A DNA stretch of 64,000 nucleotides from a virus (lineage: Duplodnaviria > Caudoviricetes): IMG/VR virus record IMGVR_UViG_3300011116_001229; one strand, 5' to 3'. Shown one piece after another: positions 19,084 through 27,742 of this stretch. Position 1 is the first letter of the stretch; each line of letters opens with the position of its first letter. Below the pieces are notes generated by a model. The model was not told where the DNA came from and searched no databases. It worked only from the letters and a program-made list of their open reading frames with translations. The position numbers and the translations under genes were made by a program.

Positions 19084-19678
19084 ATCTTACGTAGTCAGCA
19101 ATCATAAAGATTCTTCTAGAAGAGGAAACTATGCGTATGAGTCATCAGGAGTACACATACACGTCGGTGATAGTTCTCGACTTGTAGTTCTTCATTGTGA
19201 TGTCAACGAGCAGTCGATATCGACCGTGATGATGCAGATGCTTCATCTGGCTAGCCAGAATCACAAGCCCATACACTTAGTGATATCAACTTATGGAGGA
19301 TCCGTCGATGAGATGTTCACATTGTATGACACTATCAAGTTTCTACCATGCCCAGTTCACACTATAGCACTAGGAAAAGTCATGTCTGCGGGTGTTCTTT
19401 TGTTAGCGTCTGGTGAGAAAGGCACAAGAATGATCGGACGTTCAGCTAGAATTATGATGCACCCTATATCAGGTGGAGCATCTGGCAATATCTTTGAGAT
19501 AATGAATGACGTAGAAGAAAGTAAGCGTCTTCAAGAGCAAATGGCGTCTGCAATCTCCAAAGAGACAAAGTTATCTAAAGAAGAAATTGAAAAGATCATG
19601 AAGCGCGGGCATGACGTCTATTTGTTGCCGCAAGAAGCTATCGAAATGGGAATTGTCGATAAGATTATTGGTGATTAG
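19076..19678 (+). CDS. clpP: ClpP-family protease subunit
   Basis: ISTYGGSV, GKVMSAG (Ser), IMMHP (His), DVYLLPQEAIEMGIVD (Asp). Confidence 0.92.
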   Translation: MGRSYVVSNHKDSSRRGNYAYESSGVHIHVGDSSRLVVLHCDVNEQSISTVMMQMLHLASQNHKPIHLVISTYGGSVDEMFTLYDTIKFLPCPVHTIALGKVMSAGVLLLASGEKGTRMIGRSARIMMHPISGGASGNIFEIMNDVEESKRLQEQMASAISKETKLSKEEIEKIMKRGHDVYLLPQEAIEMGIVDKIIGD

Positions 19679-19683
19679 TATTT

Positions 19684-19712
19684 TTGTAATATAGAACTTT
19701 GCTTTGTATTGT
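19684..19712 (+). promoter_or_regulatory. Possible sigma70-type promoter for the helicase
   Basis: TTGTAA-17 bp-TATTGT just upstream of ATG 19723; weak match in AT-rich DNA. Confidence 0.25.
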
Positions 19713-19722
19713 GTAGACTTGA

Positions 19723-21381
19723 ATGCCTCTACATGAATACAGACACTACTTTCCTTTTAAAGAAATGAGAAAGGAACAGAAGGAAGCCATTGAATTTGCC
19801 ATTGACTCATACGAGTCAGGAAAAAGATATGTCTTATTAGAATTAGGCACAGGTACAGGTAAATCTGCGATAGGCATAACAATTTCCCGGTATTTAAATG
19901 ATCACTTTGCTTGTCAGACTGACGAGAACGGGGAGGCAATGTCAGGTGCATATGTTCTCACCACTCAAAAGATTCTACAAGAACAGTACGTCAGAGATTT
20001 TGGCCCAAATACTAAATTACCCGTACTAAGGACGATTAAGTCATCTTCAAACTATACGTGTTCTTTCTATGACGATCAGACGTGCGCAGAGTCAAAGATG
20101 CTCTTAAGCCGCTTAGCGAAGAATTTAAAGGGAACAGAGTTTCAAGACCACTGTACCAAACAGTGTAAATACAGTCAAGAAAAACAAGAATTTATTGACT
20201 CATCCATTTCCATAACCAATTTTTCTTATTTTCTTGCTGAGACATCTTATTCAGGTAAACTATCACCTAGAGCCCTTTTGGTCATAGATGAGGCACACAA
20301 CACGGAGTCAGAAGTAGGTCGATTTATTGAATTAAGTTTTTCTGAGAAGTTTTCTAATGACATCTTAAAAGTTAAGACGCCGAAACATCAAGATCAGAAT
20401 AATGTATTCAACTGGATTAAATCTGATTATCTAAGCTCATTAAAGAAGTATTCTGTGAAACTTGAGTCAACTCTCAAGAAAAATTCTTCTTCTTTAAATA
20501 AGTGCATGGATGCTTCAAAGAACTACGAGATGATTCAGAAGCACTTAGAAAAAGTTGAAAAATTTATTGAGGTTTATGATCCCAAGAGCTGGGTGATGAA
20601 TGTCGAAAAGAAGCTGTATGGTCAAGGAAATAAGACTAATATTATGCACCGGTTTGAGTTTAAAACTGTTGATGTCTCTCCGTATTGCGAAAAGCATCTC
20701 TTTTCGAAAGCAACAAGAATTCTAATGATGTCAGCTACAATAGTTGACAAAGATGTTTTCTGCGATTCTATTGGTCTCAATACTGACCAAGTAGCTTATA
20801 TGAAGCGCCATAGTCCATTCTCTGAGTCAAATAGACCAGTGCACTTTATGCCTGTTGGTAGTATGTCTAAGAATAAGATTGATGCTAGTCTTCCCATTCT
20901 AATTGAAGCAATAAAAATGCTGCTTGATAAACACAGAGAAGACAAGGGAATTATTCATACTGTCAACTATAAAATTGCTAACTACATTATGCAAAATTTA
21001 AAGTCTGACAGAATACTAACACACGATTCTTCAAATCGTGACAAAGTATTAAAAGAGCACACGCTGTCAGATAGACCTACAGTTCTTGTAAGCCCATCAA
21101 TGATGGAAGGAGTTGATCTTTCTGATGAATTAAGCAGATTTCAAATTATCTGTAAAGTTCCATTTCCATACCTGGGGGATGCTGTTGTCAAAAAACGGCT
21201 TGAAAAAAATGAAGGCTGGTATGCATATTCAACTGCCAAGTCTTTAATACAGTCACTTGGTAGATCAATTAGAAACGAGACAGATTATGCGGAGTCCTAT
21301 ATTCTAGACGCTGACTGGTCAATGTTCTATTCAAAAAATAAGAAAATGTTTGAAGGCCATATTGGAAAGATTCACTCATAA
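19723..21381 (+). CDS. DinG/XPD-family SF2 helicase
   Basis: Q motif, ELGTGTGKS, Cys cluster, VIDEAH, MSAT, EGVDL..IICKVPFP, QSLGRSIRN. Confidence 0.9.
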   Translation: MPLHEYRHYFPFKEMRKEQKEAIEFAIDSYESGKRYVLLELGTGTGKSAIGITISRYLNDHFACQTDENGEAMSGAYVLTTQKILQEQYVRDFGPNTKLPVLRTIKSSSNYTCSFYDDQTCAESKMLLSRLAKNLKGTEFQDHCTKQCKYSQEKQEFIDSSISITNFSYFLAETSYSGKLSPRALLVIDEAHNTESEVGRFIELSFSEKFSNDILKVKTPKHQDQNNVFNWIKSDYLSSLKKYSVKLESTLKKNSSSLNKCMDASKNYEMIQKHLEKVEKFIEVYDPKSWVMNVEKKLYGQGNKTNIMHRFEFKTVDVSPYCEKHLFSKATRILMMSATIVDKDVFCDSIGLNTDQVAYMKRHSPFSESNRPVHFMPVGSMSKNKIDASLPILIEAIKMLLDKHREDKGIIHTVNYKIANYIMQNLKSDRILTHDSSNRDKVLKEHTLSDRPTVLVSPSMMEGVDLSDELSRFQIICKVPFPYLGDAVVKKRLEKNEGWYAYSTAKSLIQSLGRSIRNETDYAESYILDADWSMFYSKNKKMFEGHIGKIHS

Positions 21382-21433
21382 TTTACACAGATGATGAAGA
21401 AGTTATATTGACCATCTAGGAGGTTGATATACA

Positions 21434-21637
21434 ATGTCATCAGAAACAGTTTTAGCCAAATGGAATGAATTAAAGGCATTAGTTGAAGCGCTTGAAGTGG
21501 ATGTTGCTAAGAATGCTCGAGGAGTCGCAGCTGCAGGCGTGAGAGTTCGAAAAGGTCTTAGACAAGTCGCTGCATCTTCGAAGGAGCTCGTTAAGCTCAC
21601 TCTTGAGAGCGACAAGACAAAGAAGACAGAGGAATGA
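21434..21637 (+). CDS. Histone H1-like protein (Hc1 family N-terminal domain)
   Basis: KNARGVAAAGVRVRKGL matches the KG-x-AA(G/A)-x-R-x-RK core; RBS AGGAGG upstream. Confidence 0.75.
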   Translation: MSSETVLAKWNELKALVEALEVDVAKNARGVAAAGVRVRKGLRQVAASSKELVKLTLESDKTKKTEE

Positions 21638-21646
21638 TCATTTGCT

Positions 21647-21934
21647 ATGAGTAAGCAGCAAATAAGAATCTTACAGCAAATGGCAAGAGACGGCGTTGAT
21701 CCCAAAAAACCATTTGAGTTTGTCAATGGTAAGTTTGTTCAACTCACTGAAAATGAGTCTACCTCATCAGAAACTACAAGTACTTTGGATGCATCAACTG
21801 AAGAAAAAGTTGACTTATCTGTAGTCTCTGTAGACTTTCAAGCCTCTGAAGATATTTCTGCTGAAGAAAAGACAGCAGAAGTAGCTTCCAAGAAGAAAAA
21901 ACCCGTCAAGCCAAAACAAAAGCAGGAAAAATAG
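21647..21934 (+). CDS. Hypothetical low-complexity protein
   Basis: Acidic middle, Lys-rich tail. Confidence 0.55.
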   Translation: MSKQQIRILQQMARDGVDPKKPFEFVNGKFVQLTENESTSSETTSTLDASTEEKVDLSVVSVDFQASEDISAEEKTAEVASKKKKPVKPKQKQEK

Positions 21935-21939
21935 ACTGA

Positions 21940-22218
21940 TCACATGACTGCAACAATGTGATCTCTTATCTTTTTATAAATTTTCTTTTCAATCTGGCAG
22001 ATTCTCATTCTAGTCAGACCATATATGTCCCCTATCTCTCTAAGGGTTAGGGGACCTTTTCTTGTTGTCACTAGAACACAATTTTTTCCATCCTGATATG
22101 GAATCCATTGTTTGCATTCTGTCTTTTGACAGTTAAATGCAGCTGCTTCAACTAGATCAAAACAGGTCTGTTCTTTAGCAATAATTGGTAATCTTTTTTT
22201 TATTGTAGCGTTTGACAT
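21940..22218 (-). CDS. Cys-rich protein with sigma70 region-4 HTH
   Basis: Four Cys in the N-half; LTLREIGDIYGLTRMRICQIEKK. Confidence 0.8.
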   Translation of the reverse strand: MSNATIKKRLPIIAKEQTCFDLVEAAAFNCQKTECKQWIPYQDGKNCVLVTTRKGPLTLREIGDIYGLTRMRICQIEKKIYKKIRDHIVAVM

Positions 22219-22283
22219 GACATCTTCTCTTAAACAGTATATTTTATCTTAGACAGGGTCTTGTACAAAATCCTGATAAATTC

Positions 22284-23657
22284 ATGAGAAAAACTTACAT
22301 ACTTGACACAAACGTGCTTCTGAGTGATCCACACTGTTTCAACAACTTTAAAGACAATGACTTGATAATTCCCATGCTTGTCTTAGAAGAACTGGACAGA
22401 CATAAATCTCGTTCAGACGAAGTGGGTCGTAACTGTCGTGAAGTAACTAGAACGCTGGATGAGCTATCTAAAACAAGTTCTTTAAAAGATGGTGTTCAGT
22501 TACCTTCTGGTGGCACTCTCAGAGTCATGACTTCTTCTGAAAAGAAGTCTAAGAAGAGTGATCTTGACTCAACAATTGTTGACAATATGATCATCAACTT
22601 TGCACTGGAGTATTCAAAGAAACACCCTGATAAAGTTTTCTTGGTCTCTAAAGATATCAATGTTAGAATAAAGTGTTCTTCACTGGCTATTCAGGCTCAA
22701 GACTATCTGAGCATGAGAGCATCTGATAGTTTCGACGCTCTATATACGGGCGTAAAAGTTTTAACTGCACCCAACGATGTAATTAATAGGTTCTATGGTG
22801 GAGATGAGGTAAACATCAAAGAAATTACATCTGATGTAACGTATCCCAATCAGCTGTTTGTTCTTAAGTCCTCTGACTCTACGATGGCCTCTGCACTTTG
22901 TAGATCGAGCCAGAATGGTCAACTATTACAGCTACAAAAATTCGATAATGTCTTTGGTATAAAACCTAGGAATAAAGAACAGAATTTTTCTTTTGACCTT
23001 CTGATGAATCCTGCAGTTAAACTGTTGACCCTTACAGGTAGAGCAGGCTGCGGTAAGACACTATTGGCGTTAGCAGCAGGTTTAGCACAGCTAGACTCTA
23101 TTGGTTCACATCCAACTTATCAGAAGCTAATTGTGTCTAGACCTATTCACCCTGTGGGTAAAGACATAGGATTCTTGCCAGGCACGCTGGCCGAGAAGAT
23201 GGAACCGTGGGTAGCACCTGTCAGAGATAATCTCGAGTATCTTCTTAATGCTACTTCTAATAAAAAGTTAACAAGAACAAGAAGCAAGAAGCCAGAAGAT
23301 TCTCAGAATCTCTTTAATGACCCGTATCTTGAGCTGATGCAACAAAAAGGTCTCATTGAGATTGAAGCGATAACTTACATCAGAGGTAGATCTATTCCAA
23401 ATGCATTCATTATCATTGATGAAGCACAGAATTTAACTACTCACGAATTAAAGACAATCATCACTCGAGCCGGCGAAGGAACTAAGATAGTTCTGACCGG
23501 AGATCTCGAGCAGATTGATAATGTTCATGTTGACTCATTTACGAACGGTCTGACACATGCTATTGAGAAGTTTAAAGACTATGACATTTCAGGCCACGTT
23601 ACTCTTCTAAAGGGAGAGAGAAGTGAATTAGCAACTTTGGCTTCAAAGATTTTATAA
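22284..23657 (+). CDS. phoH: PIN-PhoH protein (PhoH2/YlaK type)
   Basis: ILDTNVLL PIN, GRAGCGKT, IGFLPG, YIRGRSI, IIDEAQN, GDLEQID, RSELA. Confidence 0.93.
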   Translation: MRKTYILDTNVLLSDPHCFNNFKDNDLIIPMLVLEELDRHKSRSDEVGRNCREVTRTLDELSKTSSLKDGVQLPSGGTLRVMTSSEKKSKKSDLDSTIVDNMIINFALEYSKKHPDKVFLVSKDINVRIKCSSLAIQAQDYLSMRASDSFDALYTGVKVLTAPNDVINRFYGGDEVNIKEITSDVTYPNQLFVLKSSDSTMASALCRSSQNGQLLQLQKFDNVFGIKPRNKEQNFSFDLLMNPAVKLLTLTGRAGCGKTLLALAAGLAQLDSIGSHPTYQKLIVSRPIHPVGKDIGFLPGTLAEKMEPWVAPVRDNLEYLLNATSNKKLTRTRSKKPEDSQNLFNDPYLELMQQKGLIEIEAITYIRGRSIPNAFIIIDEAQNLTTHELKTIITRAGEGTKIVLTGDLEQIDNVHVDSFTNGLTHAIEKFKDYDISGHVTLLKGERSELATLASKIL

Positions 23658-23710
23658 AGTTAGGTTGCATACTTCAGTTGTCGTATAATTTTAGATGAAG
23701 AAGCTAGAGA

Positions 23711-25240
23711 ATGGGAATACTCGATAGTAAGTCTAGAATTATGGATGTCATTTTGACTTCTGAGGGCAGAAGGCAGATGGCGGAAGGTACATTTAGAGTA
23801 TCATTCGCAACTTTTTCAGATAGAGAAGTTGGTTACAAGGCTGATGATACAGATGGGCACATAGACCCAGTTGGTAAAATTTACTTAGAAGCATGCAACT
23901 TACCGCAAGATCAGATCATATTTGAAGCCAATGATGACGGCAATATTATCTCTTTTAGAGATGATAGAATTACTTTTGATAAACTTGACTCAATTCCACT
24001 GTTGCCAAAACCATTAGAAATTTTCTTTTCTCAAGGTAAAGCTACTGCCTATCAATTAAATTTTGGTCCGCGAGTACAGGTTAGAAAGCCAGGAATAGAC
24101 CCAGCAATAACAGGTTCTGTATTAGGTAAATTTGTTTCTGACGGAATGGGTGTAGGCTTTTCTGTTATTGATAGCTTTGGAAGCAAAGCAAATTTTATAC
24201 TAGATCCGAGTAAATTTGTTGGAACTGTTTCATCATCCTACAAGAGTGCAACTATAACAAGTAGCTCTTATTATATCGGAGTCAAGGGCGGTCTTAACGC
24301 AAGAGATTTGACTACTCTAGTACAGGCAACAATTTTATCTGCATCTATTGTTCAGCCAACTTATCCAGGTGGAAGATCTCCTGGGCCCCACGTTGAGCCA
24401 GTTGATAGAGACAATAACATTTATATAACTGATCTAAGTGGAAGTCACGACAAAGTTGTTATAAGCTTGCTAACAGGGTCGGGAAATTATGTGATTAATA
24501 CAGACACAGAAATACACCCGTTTGTAATTGAAGATGCTTTTCTTGGTGGAAGAAAAGATGTTGTAGAGCTTCCTAATGCAGATTTTGCATCACAAATACA
24601 GGGAATTCTTACATCATCATTTGACAATTTTTCAGAGCTAGGAATGATATCAACAATCGATCCTATCTTCTTAGAAGAAAGCTTTCAAATTTTTCCTGAA
24701 GAAATTAGTTTTGATATTAATCAACTCACGAACAAGCAGCTGATTGAGCAAAAACCGACCCTTAATTCAGTCGATTCTTTATTTTCTGATGATAAACTCT
24801 CTAATACCCTTAATTTCAAGTATCTTCCTCCAATAGTCAAGACTAGTGACGCAGTTTTAACAAATAAAACAGACTCAACATTAACAACTCAATATCAGCT
24901 AGCTAACTTTAAACCTCTTGGCTCAAATCTTAAGCCATTAAGTTATTCACAACTAATCGATGAAATAAAACAGTCTGGCGGATTTGCTATTCAAAGAAAA
25001 ATTAATTTTGAAAAAACTACTAGAAGCAATAACCTTCTTTGTCAGCTATTTGAAGTTTCAAAAGGCTCTGTCCAAAAACTTGACATTATTGACCATGGAT
25101 TTATTCAACAAGAACCGGGATCTATTTTGCAAAAAAGAGTTTATTTTGTTGGCAAAGTATTTTTAGACGACAGAGGCACTGCCTGTTTTTTAAACATCTT
25201 TACTCTAATTTTCTCACAAGATGCAGGAGAGGAAGATTAG
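23711..25240 (+). CDS. Putative virion structural protein
   Basis: N-terminus (MGILDSKSRIMDVILTSEGRRQM...FSD.EV.Y) paralogous to 34417 ORF. Confidence 0.5.
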   Translation: MGILDSKSRIMDVILTSEGRRQMAEGTFRVSFATFSDREVGYKADDTDGHIDPVGKIYLEACNLPQDQIIFEANDDGNIISFRDDRITFDKLDSIPLLPKPLEIFFSQGKATAYQLNFGPRVQVRKPGIDPAITGSVLGKFVSDGMGVGFSVIDSFGSKANFILDPSKFVGTVSSSYKSATITSSSYYIGVKGGLNARDLTTLVQATILSASIVQPTYPGGRSPGPHVEPVDRDNNIYITDLSGSHDKVVISLLTGSGNYVINTDTEIHPFVIEDAFLGGRKDVVELPNADFASQIQGILTSSFDNFSELGMISTIDPIFLEESFQIFPEEISFDINQLTNKQLIEQKPTLNSVDSLFSDDKLSNTLNFKYLPPIVKTSDAVLTNKTDSTLTTQYQLANFKPLGSNLKPLSYSQLIDEIKQSGGFAIQRKINFEKTTRSNNLLCQLFEVSKGSVQKLDIIDHGFIQQEPGSILQKRVYFVGKVFLDDRGTACFLNIFTLIFSQDAGEED

Positions 25241-27737
25241 TATGCCAATTAAATTAGATTTAGCAAATAGAATACCTGAGTCAGCACTAATAATTGATTC
25301 AAGCTTAGTTGGCGAAGTAATTGATGTTGATCCACAGTATGTTACTTTAAAAGTCTATTTTTCTGTTAGACTCAATGATAAGTCATATAATCCGCTTTTA
25401 TATAAAAAAGTCAATATATCAATTTTAACTGATGCTCAAAGAAATTCTTTGACCACACCTTTTAAAAATAATAATTTTGAAGATAATAATTCTTTTATTA
25501 AAAAGAATATTCTTGGAAAGAATACAGTTGCACAAATTGGCACAGATGAGTCAAAATTGTCCCAAGACTTAAGCTTCAATAAAAGATTTTTATCTAATGA
25601 AAACATATCGCTAGAGTCTCAAATTAAATATAATAAGTACAGAACCATAGTTCAGTCTGTAAAAAATACCATAGGTGATAATTCAACAATAACATCACAG
25701 ACAGTTTATATAGATCAAAAAGTAGTCTCTGCTTTAAAAACAGCTGTTGATTTTACTGACATTATTCTCCCAGACTTTATTAATATTTCTCAAGATAAAA
25801 GTCTATTAACTGAACGTGTTTCAAATTCTCCAGATCTTAAAATTTTTCAAGATATAGTCAATTCAAAGACTACTATTAGCAAGCTTATTAGTAAATCAAC
25901 ACAGACTGCTGTAGATGATACACAAAATTTAAATGAAAAGCTGATAATTGACTACCTAATACATAGCGCAAATAAGCTTGACAGAAGAAATTTAAGCAAT
26001 TTAAATTACTATACAAAGCAAAGATCTAGAAAATTTCTTAATAAGCTAGATTTATCTACTGAGTTTAAATTAAGAAGATCATACACTAATAAAAGCTTGA
26101 CTCTTAAATTTGATCTTTTCTCCAAAGATTCTCCTGACAATCCTGGTCTAACTAGACTAATAAATCTTGACTTTACTAGATTTTTTGATGTCTACTATAA
26201 GTCTATTAAATCTATCAATATCGACTGTACATCAAGACAATTAAATGCTTTAGTTAATGAAAATACATTAAGTTTTTCTTGCCAACAAGAAGATGAAAAG
26301 AAAATATTAAGTTATAATCTTTACGTCAAAAATTTATTGAGTCAAGACAATAGTAAATTTTCATTTCTTACAAGCTTAGAAAAGAATAGTTCTTATGTTT
26401 CTCAGCAAGCTAATGACTCTTATTCGCTTTGCTACAGAGTTAAACCTGTCACTTATTTTGGTGAGTCTTATGTTTTTTCTGACTGTGTTGTTAAATCAGT
26501 CAAAGGTGAAAAAACATTGTTTGAAGCAGATAATTTTACGTTCTTTAATGTTCGACAAATTTCATCAAACAGTGTTGAGTTAGAAATCTCATATGATAAC
26601 GAAAATATTTCAAACCAAATTAGAAAGATAAAAATCTACAAGAGAAACTGTACTCTTTCTTCAGACGCACCATTTGGTATTTTTTCTATAGAATATTTGT
26701 CTGATTCATCTTCATCAAAACAAGTTTTAAATGATGAAAATATCTTAGTCAATAATTTTTACGAGTATTACGTCGAATTAATTGATCAATACGAAAATGT
26801 AATAAAATCTTCAGAACCAAAGTTGATAAACGTCAGATTTATTAACGATCCAGCTTCTTTTTCTGTCAGCGTATCAAACGTGTCTATAACTCCTGATACT
26901 GTTCTGTTTTCAATCCAGACTGATATACAAAAATTAGATACATCTGCAAACTTATTAAAACAGCAACTAGATAAATTAAGAATAAATGTGACCCCCACTC
27001 AAGAAGTTTCCTCTAATCCAAACGATTATCCTATAACTGCTTATCATAAAATCACTAGAATAGACACAGTGACAAATAAGAGAGAAACTTTCAGCCTAGT
27101 AACTGATGGAACATTTGAAGACAGCCCCGAGACAAGAAAAAGAATGTCAATTTCAGACCCAATAACTGGTAGAAGCTACAAGTACATGATTGAGTCTTTT
27201 AAAAGAGACCCAATTACTATTACTAAAGACTTTTTAGTAGTTGGTAATACAAATATAGAAAATAAAACGTGGTTCTATAGACCTTCTAAATGGATGCATC
27301 CACGAGTCTTAAATACAGGAACATTGCTTGAAGAGAATGAAAATTCTTTTAATGAGTCTCATGAAGAAACTTTCATGTCAGATTTTATTGGAACTTTTAT
27401 GGTAAATGACATTAATTTCTCGATCAATAGAAGAGATCTTCAAATTTCAAATGTCGCTGCTACAAGAGCTTCATTGACAAACATAAAAATTTCATGGAAT
27501 TTGATGCAAAATTTAATTGATCAATTTGATAGCTTTATTGTGTGCAAAGTTGTCAATGGCAAAAAAAGCATTCTTGGTATTACTTCTGATCCTTATTTAT
27601 ATCATGCTTTAGATAATGAAGAAGATTTAGGTACGCTGTTTTATGAAGTAACTCCTGTCAGCAATGACTATGTTATTCTACAGACGCATATGAGCAATCC
27701 TTTGATAATAACTCAAAATCTTGAAGGAAAATTTTAG
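25221..27737 (+). CDS. Large hypothetical, probably virion protein with beta-sandwich (FN3-like) repeats
   Basis: Recurrent Y-x-Y-x-V/I patterns (LCYRVKPV, YEYYVELI, YKYMIES, LFYEVTPV). Confidence 0.45.
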   Translation: MQERKISMPIKLDLANRIPESALIIDSSLVGEVIDVDPQYVTLKVYFSVRLNDKSYNPLLYKKVNISILTDAQRNSLTTPFKNNNFEDNNSFIKKNILGKNTVAQIGTDESKLSQDLSFNKRFLSNENISLESQIKYNKYRTIVQSVKNTIGDNSTITSQTVYIDQKVVSALKTAVDFTDIILPDFINISQDKSLLTERVSNSPDLKIFQDIVNSKTTISKLISKSTQTAVDDTQNLNEKLIIDYLIHSANKLDRRNLSNLNYYTKQRSRKFLNKLDLSTEFKLRRSYTNKSLTLKFDLFSKDSPDNPGLTRLINLDFTRFFDVYYKSIKSINIDCTSRQLNALVNENTLSFSCQQEDEKKILSYNLYVKNLLSQDNSKFSFLTSLEKNSSYVSQQANDSYSLCYRVKPVTYFGESYVFSDCVVKSVKGEKTLFEADNFTFFNVRQISSNSVELEISYDNENISNQIRKIKIYKRNCTLSSDAPFGIFSIEYLSDSSSSKQVLNDENILVNNFYEYYVELIDQYENVIKSSEPKLINVRFINDPASFSVSVSNVSITPDTVLFSIQTDIQKLDTSANLLKQQLDKLRINVTPTQEVSSNPNDYPITAYHKITRIDTVTNKRETFSLVTDGTFEDSPETRKRMSISDPITGRSYKYMIESFKRDPITITKDFLVVGNTNIENKTWFYRPSKWMHPRVLNTGTLLEENENSFNESHEETFMSDFIGTFMVNDINFSINRRDLQISNVAATRASLTNIKISWNLMQNLIDQFDSFIVCKVVNGKKSILGITSDPYLYHALDNEEDLGTLFYEVTPVSNDYVILQTHMSNPLIITQNLEGKF

Positions 27738-27742
27738 AGAAT

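Noticed and set aside
19723-21381. DinG as part of a type IV CRISPR system
   Set aside because: No csf/cas genes or array in the window
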